Assembly: GCA_029855935.1 (NCBI GenBank)
Contig: JAGSHN010000018.1
Location: forward strand, 76,547-140,546
Length of the DNA stretch: 64,000 nt
Direction: 5' to 3'
Source: Candidatus Thorarchaeota archaeon
GTDB taxonomy: Archaea > Asgardarchaeota > Thorarchaeia > Thorarchaeales > Thorarchaeaceae
Shown here: positions 1-9,792 of the stretch, in pieces
Numbering within the stretch: position 1 is the stretch's first letter
Layout of the letters: each line of letters starts with the position of its first letter
Position numbers and translations under genes: made by a program
Notes under the pieces: generated by a model
What the model saw: the letters and a program-made list of their open reading frames with translations, nothing else
What the model was told of the DNA's origin: nothing
Database searches by the model: none

Positions 1-1
1 T

Positions 2-349
2 GCCCGGATGTTGTGGGAGAACTTGGTCGATGTGATCATCAAAGAGACCGGTGTTCGATGGGGCTTCGCTGTCCTGTCGATGCTCTTCTTCGTCGGGTTC
101 CCGCTCGTTGGTGGACTGCTCGGCTGGATTGCCACGGCAAGCCTTGTCCACGCCTTTCTACTGGCAGTGGTCTTCCTTGTATTCGCCTCGATTCCTAGCA
201 CCCTGATGCTCAGGACATTCGACATCGTCTACGTCACACTACTCTACGCGTTCATTCGCCAGGAGAAGGGTGAGATCAAGGGCAAGCTGGGCATTCCGGC
301 GGCCGTTCACAAGGACCTTGCGTCTGCCTATCAGAGAGCAGTGAAGTAG
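2..349 (+). CDS. Membrane protein, 5'-truncated by window edge (DUF6159-like)
   Basis: Frame open from position 2; two hydrophobic helices; W-E motif resembles the DUF6159 C-terminus (recalled, not searched). Confidence 0.6.
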   Translation, partial: ARMLWENLVDVIIKETGVRWGFAVLSMLFFVGFPLVGGLLGWIATASLVHAFLLAVVFLVFASIPSTLMLRTFDIVYVTLLYAFIRQEKGEIKGKLGIPAAVHKDLASAYQRAVK

Positions 350-511
350 TCGTGGGGTCGCGGCGGCCGAACAGCTGCCGCTCATCCCCATCCCGTTTAT
401 CAATCGAGATATCACCAGCGAGATGCCAGCGGACCACTCCCTAGCGACAGGGTGGCATACACCCCAACAGACTAAAGCGACTAGGCAGCGATTCTCTCCC
501 GGTGAAGAGAG

Positions 512-1522
512 ATGGACGCTGAGACCGCTGCTGCGAACGCCCTTGAGACTGTCCTCGAGGCGCGGCCGGGCGAGTCTGTTCTAATCGTGTGCGACGATGT
601 CAGAAGAGAGGTAGGTGAGGTCTTCGCACGTGGCGCCATGAGCCTCGGACTCTGGACCCGAATGGTCGTCCTCAAGACCAGTGAGGACGAGTACAGGACC
701 AAGGTCCCACCCGAGCTTCTGGAGATGATCAACTCTCCACATCAGCCGGATATCTTCATCAACATCCTGCGAGGTCCTGCACAGGAGACCCCCTTCAGGA
801 TAAAGATAATCGACCTAGAGACGAGAAAGGGCAGGTCCAGGCTCGGCCACTGTCCGGGCATAACAATGGACATGCTGACGGAGGGTGCTCTCTCTCTTAC
901 ACGCGAGGAAACAAAGGAGATGCAGGAGAGAGCCAAGAACCTGCTCGCGCTCTTACAGGACGTCGAGGCTGTGCACGTCACAGCACCGGGTGGTTCAGAC
1001 TTCACCCTGAGTGTGAAGGGACGCACATGGTTCACCGACACGGCCATTGACTGGAAGACTATGAAGTGGATGAACCTCCCAACGGGAGAGGTACTTGTCG
1101 GGCCTGTCGAGACATCTATGAATGGTGTCCTTGTCTCCGACCTCGCGGCCGGGGGCATCGGTCCGCTGAAGGCACCAATAACAATCAGGGTCGAGAACGG
1201 TATGGTCGTCGATGTCCAGTCTGACGACGAGGAGGCGCTCAAGATCGTACGCGAGACGCAGGCCACTGACAAGATGGCCAAGTTCGTGGGAGAGTTTGCC
1301 TTCGGACTGAATCCTCGGGCGAGGCTGGTCGACGAATTCCTTGAGAGCGAGAAGGTGAGTGCGATACACGTTGCCTTTGGAAACAACAGGGACTATCCAG
1401 GCGTGACGGCCAATAACTCGGCGACGCATCAGGACTTCCTCGTCAGCAGGCCCACCGTCGAGGTCACCTACGCAGACGGGCGCACAAGAGTTGTGATGCG
1501 CAACGGCGAACTCCTACTGTAG
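512..1522 (+). CDS. M29 thermophilic metallo-aminopeptidase (AmpS/aminopeptidase T-like)
   Basis: NLPTGE, GEFAFGLN, ESEK, HVAFG and HQD motifs. Confidence 0.9.
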   Translation: MDAETAAANALETVLEARPGESVLIVCDDVRREVGEVFARGAMSLGLWTRMVVLKTSEDEYRTKVPPELLEMINSPHQPDIFINILRGPAQETPFRIKIIDLETRKGRSRLGHCPGITMDMLTEGALSLTREETKEMQERAKNLLALLQDVEAVHVTAPGGSDFTLSVKGRTWFTDTAIDWKTMKWMNLPTGEVLVGPVETSMNGVLVSDLAAGGIGPLKAPITIRVENGMVVDVQSDDEEALKIVRETQATDKMAKFVGEFAFGLNPRARLVDEFLESEKVSAIHVAFGNNRDYPGVTANNSATHQDFLVSRPTVEVTYADGRTRVVMRNGELLL

Positions 1523-1531
1523 GTCGACCGC

Positions 1532-2770
1532 TCACCTGAGCCAGTCGAAGGCCTCGTTCCACGTGGCACTAGAACCGGAGAACGGATTGAGGTAGAGAGT
1601 TCTGAAGAATTCTGCAGTGCGGTTGGTCTCAACCGCTCGCTCCCACGTCGGCAGAACGTACTCTGTTCGCCCGAAGTAGTACGTGTACACGTAGGGAGCC
1701 CAGAAATTGACCCTCCCATCCTCGGTCTCTGGAGAGATGAAACGTAGTATGGCGTTGGCTCGCCTCTCATCGACCAGCCCGGCCTCCATCACATATCGAC
1801 GGGCCTCGCTGGTCGTCCAACCCTCGACGTTCAGCATATAGGCGGCATTGATGCGCACGGCCTGTCGTAGCTCGCGAAGAGCATTGACAATGACAGAGCG
1901 CCAGCCCGTCTCCTTTACTCCGAGAAAGTCCCTCACAGTGTCGGCAACACCCTCGGAGATCACGCAGCGCCCCGTGTGAAGCGGGACAATGCTCAGTTCC
2001 GTGTAGCCGTGCTCGCGATAGGCGCGCTCGCGCCAGACGTTCGAGACGTGATGACCATATTCGTGGTACACGACGTTTGTCAATGAGTCCCGATTGAAGG
2101 AGCGGTCGATGTTGAACTGGTTGATTGAGCGATAGTCCCCTTGATAGTAGTTGTAGCCGCCCCACGCTCGGTCCTGAACGGCCTCGTACTTCACACCGTT
2201 GTCAGTGACAGACGCGCCTAGACAATTGAACACACGTTCCGCAAAGAGGCGACCAATCTCCTTGGCCCGGGGCTGAAGAGTCTCCTCAATGACACGCTTA
2301 AGTTCAGCACCCTCTACTCGCCCCGAGTCCTCGAACGAGACAACCGACTCGAATAGCTGAGAGTCGTCAGTCACGTCAAGCGCCTCTGCAACCCTCTCCC
2401 GGAGGCCCTCGACAACGGTATCGGGAAAGCGCCGTGCCTCGACTCCAAAGAAACCCATGACCAGCGTCTCATATGAGACCGACCTGCCATCAAGCCACTC
2501 CACTACCTTTGCCAGAGACTCGGCCTCAGACGCTACATACTCGCCTCTCAGGGGCGGCTCCGTCAGCTCCTCGCGGGCTGTGTCAGCCACAGCCATCAGA
2601 TATGCGTGGAGTTCTTCGCCCTCACGGTCCTTCCTCTGGCGATCTGGATGTAGCTCATCCGGCCCGAAGTACGCATCGACAACGCTCACTCCTGTGAGCC
2701 TCTCACTGAGATGACCCACCTCGCCGCAGAGCCTGACGAACATCTCACCAGGGTCGAACAATCCGTTCAT
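1532..2770 (-). CDS. Gluzincin-like zinc metallopeptidase (DUF885-like)
   Basis: YHEYGHH (HExxH) followed by ISEG third-ligand motif; YTYYFG near C-terminus. Confidence 0.65.
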   Translation of the reverse strand: MNGLFDPGEMFVRLCGEVGHLSERLTGVSVVDAYFGPDELHPDRQRKDREGEELHAYLMAVADTAREELTEPPLRGEYVASEAESLAKVVEWLDGRSVSYETLVMGFFGVEARRFPDTVVEGLRERVAEALDVTDDSQLFESVVSFEDSGRVEGAELKRVIEETLQPRAKEIGRLFAERVFNCLGASVTDNGVKYEAVQDRAWGGYNYYQGDYRSINQFNIDRSFNRDSLTNVVYHEYGHHVSNVWRERAYREHGYTELSIVPLHTGRCVISEGVADTVRDFLGVKETGWRSVIVNALRELRQAVRINAAYMLNVEGWTTSEARRYVMEAGLVDERRANAILRFISPETEDGRVNFWAPYVYTYYFGRTEYVLPTWERAVETNRTAEFFRTLYLNPFSGSSATWNEAFDWLR

Positions 2771-2876
2771 CCCACGCTCAACTGGGTTGTCGTCCTAATA
2801 AGAACCATCCGGACGCCAAGGCAGAGCACCGGAGGGTTTCCCAGTTAATTGATACGGTCAAAGGAGGATACCATCA

Positions 2877-5045
2877 TCACCGGAATCCACCAGACACGCA
2901 GGCACTATGACATGCACTGTGACAGGCACTATGACAGACACACGCGGAGTGGCACGCACTATGACATGCACTGTGACAGGCATCGTGTGACACGCAGGCG
3001 CTATGACAGGCGTCATGGGAGACGCAGCGACTTGTCGTCTGGAGTATCTGCTGGAATGGTGCCGTTATGGTCTGCGCCACTCCGTTCAGGATAGAGCCGA
3101 TGGTGTTCGTCACGTCCGAGATGACCTGCCCCACGGTGCCGGCCACTTCACCGACAACCTGTGTGGTACCTGATGCTCCTGACCTCACAGCCTCGGAGAC
3201 ACCCCTGAACCAGTCTGGGACTGCCGTCGTGCTGACCGGCGTCTTGTCAGATCCGAGCACGTCAGTGATGCGCGAGTCGTGACGAGGATCCATGTAGAGC
3301 CAGTACCACGCCCACGTGTCGTGTGTCGAGCCATCAAAATAGTAGGATACCTTCTGCTCGGGCGCAGGCTGCGACTCGAGCTCCTGCCAGGCTGACTCGA
3401 TCATCTCCTCATTGTGATTCTTGGTGGCCTCAAAGTCGGCGTTCCAGACCTTTTCCTGCACCTTGTCTGCGATGTCCTCGATTAGCTCATCGACCTTTGC
3501 AGGATCGAGCTCACCGTCGACTATCGCCTCAAGGAACTTCTCCTCGTAGTACGTCAGGTCCTCGAAGCGCAGGCCAGTGACGGCCAGCTTCAGCGGGTCT
3601 GTGGAGATGATACGGACAGCCCCCTTTCGAACACACGACATCAGTATCATAGTGACGAGTCGGTCTCGTGTCAGATTCTGGAACACTGCAGCCTCAACAG
3701 GGTCGAGCTCTGCCACCACGCCGGGTTGGCCAAAGGTCTGAATCTCTATCGTTGGCGACTCATACGCAAAGGTGGTTTCGTCCGCCGACCACACTGCGCC
3801 ATAACCACGATGAGCGGAGAGAGCATAGAGGACAGCTCCCAACAGGAGGACCCCAAGAAAGACCCAGACACCCCACGGCACTGAGGCCAATGATGATCCC
3901 ACACCAGGTGGAACCCACCCGGTCTGCGGCGGTGAGACGAAGATCTCCACACTGAATGACAGCTGCTGATTATCCGAACCGGTCACCAGGAACGTGATCG
4001 TCCTCGTGGTCTCAGCCTCATTGGCGATGAGCGTGTAGTCCAGCTGAAAGCCCTCTCCACCGTCCAGAGTACCAAGGTATCTGGTCGGTGCCCCCGAGAC
4101 AAGGGTCACGTTCTCTGGTAGCGACATCGTGGCCACTACGTCATAGATGGGTGCGTCACCGACGTTATAGACAAGGACATGGAGATCAAAGGACGATGAG
4201 GCGACGACATTGAGGTAGGATGGTGCATCATACGCAAGGAGGCCGGGAGCCAAATACGCCTCGTAGAAGCTCCAGTTCGTGTAGTGGAATACCACAAGAT
4301 GCTCGTAGGCATAGACCGGCGAGGCCTCCAGACTCACACTGAAGTTGCGTGGCTGTCCCGGTGGCCCGGTGGTCGGATACGCAAGTAAGTTCACCTCATC
4401 ATAGGAACGATAGTTGCCCGAGTTGTCCTCTATTCTCTGACGCGAGTCCACGACATACCCTGCATACTCCGCACCCTCCGGGGTGATGCCACCTTCTCCC
4501 GTGATGTAGGAGGAGTTTATCAGGATTGGATAGACGACACGAATCGTCTCTGTGCCGACATCCTGCTCCCACTGAACGGGCGCCCAATGGAACACTCCAT
4601 ACTTGACACCCTCTTCGGTTTCCGTGAGCTCTACGACCCTGTTCAACGAATAGTATCCGAACACGACGAGGACCGTCTGCCCGGCCTGAGCCCGCGGGGT
4701 CCAATCCAGCCCATATCCATCTGAGAGAGTCGTAATCACCAAGTCGTATCTCTCACCAGCGATCTCGACGTAGGCACGACTACGGTCGGGCTGAGAGGTC
4801 TCCTGAATGCCTCTGAGGTCAAAGCCCCCAAGCGACCCAGAGACCACGTCAAAGGTCATCCAGTAGGTGACGTTCAGTCGCCCATTCGGTTGTACTATGA
4901 CCTCCACGTCAATCCTGTCAATGTCCACCACGGGGCTCTGCGATGGCGTGGACGCAGCCGCAGCTGGTGCGATCAGAAGACCGACGAGGGGTGAACCCAA
5001 GACGAGGAACAGCAGGCATCTTGCAGCGATAGTGGCACGACGCAA
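2877..5045 (-). CDS. Single-pass membrane protein (DUF2207-like/CARDB-like ectodomain) with C-terminal Cys/His CHSA-repeat tail
   Basis: Signal peptide, beta-rich ectodomain, TM VPWGVWVFLGVLLLGAVLYALSA, cytoplasmic domain, tail CVSHDACHSA...CVSGGFR. Confidence 0.8.
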   Translation of the reverse strand: MRRATIAARCLLFLVLGSPLVGLLIAPAAAASTPSQSPVVDIDRIDVEVIVQPNGRLNVTYWMTFDVVSGSLGGFDLRGIQETSQPDRSRAYVEIAGERYDLVITTLSDGYGLDWTPRAQAGQTVLVVFGYYSLNRVVELTETEEGVKYGVFHWAPVQWEQDVGTETIRVVYPILINSSYITGEGGITPEGAEYAGYVVDSRQRIEDNSGNYRSYDEVNLLAYPTTGPPGQPRNFSVSLEASPVYAYEHLVVFHYTNWSFYEAYLAPGLLAYDAPSYLNVVASSSFDLHVLVYNVGDAPIYDVVATMSLPENVTLVSGAPTRYLGTLDGGEGFQLDYTLIANEAETTRTITFLVTGSDNQQLSFSVEIFVSPPQTGWVPPGVGSSLASVPWGVWVFLGVLLLGAVLYALSAHRGYGAVWSADETTFAYESPTIEIQTFGQPGVVAELDPVEAAVFQNLTRDRLVTMILMSCVRKGAVRIISTDPLKLAVTGLRFEDLTYYEEKFLEAIVDGELDPAKVDELIEDIADKVQEKVWNADFEATKNHNEEMIESAWQELESQPAPEQKVSYYFDGSTHDTWAWYWLYMDPRHDSRITDVLGSDKTPVSTTAVPDWFRGVSEAVRSGASGTTQVVGEVAGTVGQVISDVTNTIGSILNGVAQTITAPFQQILQTTSRCVSHDACHSACVSHDACHSACHSACHSACVCHSACHSACHSACVSGGFR
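2880..3026 (-). repeat. Coding tandem repeat CHSA/CVSHDA (12- and 18-nt units)
   Basis: 49-aa tail with 11 Cys and 9 His; DNA units such as gcactatgaca/gcactgtgaca differ at synonymous sites. Confidence 0.95.
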
Positions 5046-5048
5046 GTC

Positions 5049-5375
5049 TCACTTTCCCTCCGAACTCAACTTCTTGGCCGTCGACCGCAGCAACGACTCT
5101 GCAGCCTCCATATGGCCGAGTGCGGACTCGATGGAGTCATGGGTCTCGTACCAGTCGATAGAGCCAATCGTGGTGCGAACAGCCTGAAGACTGTCAGCGC
5201 CGTTCATCAGCATCGTAGACAGGGGTACGTGCAGCTGCCCAACAACATCGTGGCGCTTGAGGTATTCGACAAGGACGGACTCAACGAAGTCGTCAACTGT
5301 CGTGTGGTTCTCACTTCGACTCACGAGCCTCTCCAAGAGCTCGTAGACCACCTCTGAGATCTCCACCGAGACCAT
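5049..5375 (-). CDS. Small protein with ribbon-helix-helix-like N-terminus
   Basis: MVSVEISEVVYELLERL...TVDDFVESVL pattern; 3 nt from the next gene. Confidence 0.55.
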   Translation of the reverse strand: MVSVEISEVVYELLERLVSRSENHTTVDDFVESVLVEYLKRHDVVGQLHVPLSTMLMNGADSLQAVRTTIGSIDWYETHDSIESALGHMEAAESLLRSTAKKLSSEGK

Positions 5376-5391
5376 TTCGGGTCAGGCTCTC

Positions 5392-5787
5392 CTATTCACC
5401 TCTCCGGGCCCTGAGGACCTCAGCCTGTGCCAGCGTCAGGTTCGAGAGGTCAGCCTTGGCCTCCGCCCACTCGTTCAGCGACGGAAACTCCTGAATCATA
5501 CCGCTCCAGACAAGGTGATAGACACGCTTGAGGATCTTGGTGGGGTCGCCATCCGTACCGACGTACTCGAAGAACGCCTTGATCACTGCTGGCGACTGCT
5601 CCGAGATGTTCTGTGGTACCTCGGTACCGAATCCCGCAAATGCCACCTCCATCTCCCTGAGAACATCCATCCGCTCCCTTATCCCTGCTGCAATGACGGG
5701 GAGGTCGATGTCAAAGGCACTGAAGCGCATCACCAGTTTCTTGTCGGTTATTGTGCCGTATGGTAGAACAATCTCACGCGAACTCAT
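5392..5787 (-). CDS. Hypothetical protein (131 aa, start MSSREIV)
   Basis: ATG at 5787 avoids overlap with the divergent radical SAM gene; protein-like composition. Confidence 0.65.
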   Translation of the reverse strand: MSSREIVLPYGTITDKKLVMRFSAFDIDLPVIAAGIRERMDVLREMEVAFAGFGTEVPQNISEQSPAVIKAFFEYVGTDGDPTKILKRVYHLVWSGMIQEFPSLNEWAEAKADLSNLTLAQAEVLRARRGE

Positions 5788-5921
5788 CGCACTTCTCTCC
5801 AGAGGTCTTGTGCGAATGAGAGCCCATGAGCAGATAAGCATTTCATCTGTCAGTGTGGTGGCGATGCCAATCAGTTTATCCGCCCTGTGGCGATTGAGTA
5901 CAGGGACACGGAGACGAGGCA

Positions 5922-7340
5922 ATGAGGCTGCCCGCGTACAACTATGCGATTGAGGACCTCGAATGGGTACCACATTTCATCTCTGAGGTGAGGGACTACT
6001 TCTTCGTACGACCACACGACAACCTGCTGATACTCCGACCCAACAAGGTCATGCATCTCAATCAGACAGCAGTGGAGATGCTGAAAAGGCTGCTTGAGGG
6101 GCAGAGCCCTGAGCAGGTCGTAGAGGCATTTGTGAAGAGAGGGGTCCACAGGCAGACAGTGATGAACGACCTCGCAGCGTTCGTCGAAGACCTGCGAGAG
6201 ATGGTCTCGGGAAACCAGAACATCTACTCCTACCGCACGGCACGGATCGTCCCCTTCGGAAAGAGCGAGATCAAGTATCCCGTTCTGAGCGAGATAGCTC
6301 TGACGTACAGATGCAACAACAGATGCAAGTTCTGCTATGCTTATTCCCCCTATCGCGAGTCGGGCGAGATGACGACGGATGAGGTCAAGCGGGTGATTGA
6401 CATCATCGCCGATGATGCTCACGTCCCCAGCCTGTCCTTCACTGGTGGCGAGCCGACTCTCAGAGACGACCTGTTCGAGCTGATCCGTTACGGACGCCAG
6501 AAGGGTCTGAGGATGAACCTCATCACCAATGGTCGACGGTGTGCTGACCCCGACTTTGTCCAGCGGCTCGTGGAGGCAGGACTGAACAGTGCACAGGTCT
6601 CGGTCGAGGGGCCTGATGCAGAAACCCACGATGGTATAGTCGGTGTGAGAGGCGCCTTCGAGCAGACCGTAAAGGGGGTGAAGAACCTCAGGGCGACTGA
6701 CATCTACACGCACTGCAACACCACAATCTGCAGGCCCAATGTCGACCGACTGGAGGACCTTGTCGACTTCTACAAGGACGAGCTGGGTCTCTCATACTTC
6801 AGTATGAATATGGTCATCTACACGGGGACCGCCGCAAAGCTGCGCGATGAACTGCAGATAAGATACTCGGAGATAGGTGACATCGTGCGAAGAGTACGCA
6901 GGCGTGCCAAGAGGAGGGGCATCGAGTTTGTGTGGTACGCCCCGACACCCGTGTGCCTCTTCAATCCCATTGCCAACGGTCTGGGAGCCAAGATGTGCGC
7001 GGCCTGCGATGGTCTGCTGTCCGTCGACGCAGAGGGGGGCCTCCTGCCGTGCTCCAGCTTCAGCGAGCCAGTTGGCAACCTGCTCAGAGAGGGCTTCGAG
7101 AAGGTCTGGTACAGTCGTGCGGCGAAGTTCTGGAGGAACAAGGAATACGCGCCAGAGGGCTGCAGGAGATGTGATATGTTCGACTACTGCATGGGTGCCT
7201 GCCCGCTATACTGGGATGTACAGGGCTATGACGAGATCAAGGACCAGTGGCCAAGGCGCAGCGCAGCAGCCTCAAAGATCGATGAGTGGAGGCTGACCCT
7301 GCGGAGGAGGATAAAGGGGCATCAGCACGGCATTACGTAG
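5922..7340 (+). CDS. PqqD/RRE-domain radical SAM/SPASM peptide maturase
   Basis: N-terminal LNQTA..ML..L...EQVV...DL..FVEDL (RRE-like); CNNRCKFC; TGGEP; SPASM CAAC...PC...CRRC...C...CP. Confidence 0.9.
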   Translation: MRLPAYNYAIEDLEWVPHFISEVRDYFFVRPHDNLLILRPNKVMHLNQTAVEMLKRLLEGQSPEQVVEAFVKRGVHRQTVMNDLAAFVEDLREMVSGNQNIYSYRTARIVPFGKSEIKYPVLSEIALTYRCNNRCKFCYAYSPYRESGEMTTDEVKRVIDIIADDAHVPSLSFTGGEPTLRDDLFELIRYGRQKGLRMNLITNGRRCADPDFVQRLVEAGLNSAQVSVEGPDAETHDGIVGVRGAFEQTVKGVKNLRATDIYTHCNTTICRPNVDRLEDLVDFYKDELGLSYFSMNMVIYTGTAAKLRDELQIRYSEIGDIVRRVRRRAKRRGIEFVWYAPTPVCLFNPIANGLGAKMCAACDGLLSVDAEGGLLPCSSFSEPVGNLLREGFEKVWYSRAAKFWRNKEYAPEGCRRCDMFDYCMGACPLYWDVQGYDEIKDQWPRRSAAASKIDEWRLTLRRRIKGHQHGIT

Positions 7341-7381
7341 AGAGTGCAGACTAATAGGGGGCCTCGTTTCACACGCAGGGT

Positions 7382-8515
7382 ATGCATATCGACGACCTTG
7401 TCACTCCGTCTGTCCTTGTGGACCGTCCCAGGCTCCTGCGCAACATCGAGCGGATGGCAAGAAGGACCCGTGAGCTTGGTGTCGCTCTCCGGCCGCACGT
7501 CAAGACCCACAAGTGCATAGAGATAGCGAGGATGCAGGGGAGTGCTGGCATCAGAGGCATCACCGTGTCAACCCTGTTCGAGGCCCGGGTCTTCGCAGAT
7601 GCGGGATTCGATGACATCACCTATGCTTTCCCCATCGCGCCTGACAAGTTCAGTGTTCCAGGTCAGCTCGCTGAACGCGTGAGTCTCAACGTCATCCTCG
7701 ACAATCCTGTCACCGTTGATGCACTATCCGAATACTGTGAGAGCAATGACCTCATAATGAATGTCCTGCTCAAGGTCGATGTGGGCTACCATCGTGCAGG
7801 AGTTCTGTGGGACGATCCTGCCGCGATACATCTTGTTGAGAGAATTGCGCGTGCTGGTGGTCTGGAGTTCAGAGGAATCCTCACTCACGAGGGCCACGTA
7901 TACGACGCCTCTACACCAGATGAGATCAGAGAGATCGAGATGACCTCGCAGAGGAGGATGGTTGACCTTGCGGAACGACTGGCTCGTCACGATGAGCGAC
8001 TGCGCCCTGAGGTGGTGTCTGTCGGCTCCACTCCGGGCTGTTCGTTGATGACCGAGGTTGTTGACGGGATAACCGAGGTCCGCCCGGGGAACTACGTCTT
8101 CTATGACTACGAGCAGGTCGCTCTCGGCTCCTGCACGATAGATGACTGCGCATTGCTGGTGCTTGCATCGGTCGTCGGAACGTATGGGGACAGGCTCATC
8201 ATTGATGCTGGAGCCACCACACTCTCGGTGGACGCGGGACCAGTACATCTCGAACCAGACTGCGGGTTCGGAAAGATTGTGAGCAACGGGGTTCACCGCT
8301 CGATCGATGATGCATTGGTGATTGCGGGTCTGTCACAAGAGCACGGAAAGATCAGAGTGAGAGAGAAGGGGGCCTCAGCAAGATATCGGGTGGGGGACCG
8401 CCTCTGGATTGTTCCCAATCACTCGTGCCTGACCGCCAACCTGTCGGACTGGTACGTCGTCGTCGATGGTGATAGAGTAGTCGACAGGTGGGGAATTCAT
8501 CGCGGCCGGCTGTGA
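7382..8515 (+). CDS. Fold-type III PLP enzyme, D-threonine aldolase/D-serine dehydratase (DSD1) family
   Basis: RPHVKTHK PLP lysine, GSTP, RPGNYVFYD, SQEHG, PNHSC. Confidence 0.9.
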   Translation: MHIDDLVTPSVLVDRPRLLRNIERMARRTRELGVALRPHVKTHKCIEIARMQGSAGIRGITVSTLFEARVFADAGFDDITYAFPIAPDKFSVPGQLAERVSLNVILDNPVTVDALSEYCESNDLIMNVLLKVDVGYHRAGVLWDDPAAIHLVERIARAGGLEFRGILTHEGHVYDASTPDEIREIEMTSQRRMVDLAERLARHDERLRPEVVSVGSTPGCSLMTEVVDGITEVRPGNYVFYDYEQVALGSCTIDDCALLVLASVVGTYGDRLIIDAGATTLSVDAGPVHLEPDCGFGKIVSNGVHRSIDDALVIAGLSQEHGKIRVREKGASARYRVGDRLWIVPNHSCLTANLSDWYVVVDGDRVVDRWGIHRGRL

Positions 8516-8532
8516 GCAGAGGACTCGACAAC

Positions 8533-9246
8533 TCAGTCGACACGATTGACTATCAGATGTCCGCAGTAGGGACACTCCTCCTCTTCGCCAGGGAGGACAG
8601 GGGCCTCGAGACGTCCTCCGCACTGAGGACACTTCGTGATGGCACGAGGCAGCTCGGCAACAGCCTCTGCGGTGTACACGACCCTCGAGTTCCGGTCAAT
8701 CGTCCCACGGAACTTTCCAGCACGAGAGAGTTCCTCCAGTGCCTCCACGATCTGCTCGTCCGTCGCATTGGTCACACGGGATATCTGATCGAACGTCATC
8801 CTCCGCTGAGCATAGAGAAGATGAAGCAGACTCTCCTGCAGGCTCACTGCACCGGGACTGACAATCTCACCATGTGCTGCGTCGAGATACACGAGCGGGA
8901 ACTTCCGGCGTGCCAGAGCCTCAGCCACATCTGCAACGTCCGAGACGCTGACGCCCAACTCCCGAGCGGCGGCCTCCAACCCTATGCGTCCCTCTCTCTG
9001 CACGAGCGCGATGACTCTGCTGGACACATCACCAATTCTTGCCGCGCGCGTTCCCTTGATCAGTAGCCACAGTCCCACAGCGAGCTCGGGCAGGCCAAGG
9101 ATGGCCCATGATATCACCACCGCGGAGATAAACGTCGTGGACGATCCGGCTGCCACCTTCAGGGCAGACTGGTAGACGAGCACTGACATGAATGCTGAGA
9201 CAGCAATCAGCACGATTCCAAGGAACTGGAGTAGGCGTGCATTCAT
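8533..9246 (-). CDS. Two-TM membrane protein with winged-helix/PCI-like repeats and C-terminal zinc ribbon
   Basis: Two N-terminal TMs; two HTH-wing segments; CPQCG...CPYCG. Confidence 0.7.
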   Translation of the reverse strand: MNARLLQFLGIVLIAVSAFMSVLVYQSALKVAAGSSTTFISAVVISWAILGLPELAVGLWLLIKGTRAARIGDVSSRVIALVQREGRIGLEAAARELGVSVSDVADVAEALARRKFPLVYLDAAHGEIVSPGAVSLQESLLHLLYAQRRMTFDQISRVTNATDEQIVEALEELSRAGKFRGTIDRNSRVVYTAEAVAELPRAITKCPQCGGRLEAPVLPGEEEECPYCGHLIVNRVD

Positions 9247-9792
9247 CGAGATTCACTCTTGTTTCGCAATGGCAATTGGGGAATTATATATTTCCAGATC
9301 GGGAGTGAGCATAGATTGACAACACATACAAGATTGAAGCGCGCCCACATCAGCATAGAAGCGTGTCTGAGAGCAATCCTCTTGCCTATCGAATCGTCGC
9401 GCAATCAAGAGAGAGAACCTACTACGTATCGGAGAAACAGAGCAGGGACTGGAGGTATGTGCGATTGTGGAGCGGGCGTTGATATCGTTTTTCCTCACAA
9501 GAACGAACGGAATGATAGGAAGGGACATTCCGAGTCGGCAAAGCTGCCACTGACTCGGGGAATTCAATCAGACACAAGATGATGCCAGCGGAACTTGGTC
9601 ACTTCGTAAATCGCCTCGTACCAAGCCCATTGAGAATCCTGCTACCATTCCCTATTGGGATTTCGTTCTTGTGGGCGCGAGGCTTCTCATTTCTTGGCTC
9701 AAGACAAGACCAGTTGGAATGAACCGTTGCCCATATCGCGAAACATTCATTTCAAAGAATGAGGGAGAAGAACAGGGACGGGAAAGACCACA

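Noticed and set aside
2880-3026. CRISPR array or multihaem cytochrome
   Set aside because: Units are 12-18 nt, in frame and without spacers; motif is CxxxCH with shared cysteines, not CxxCH
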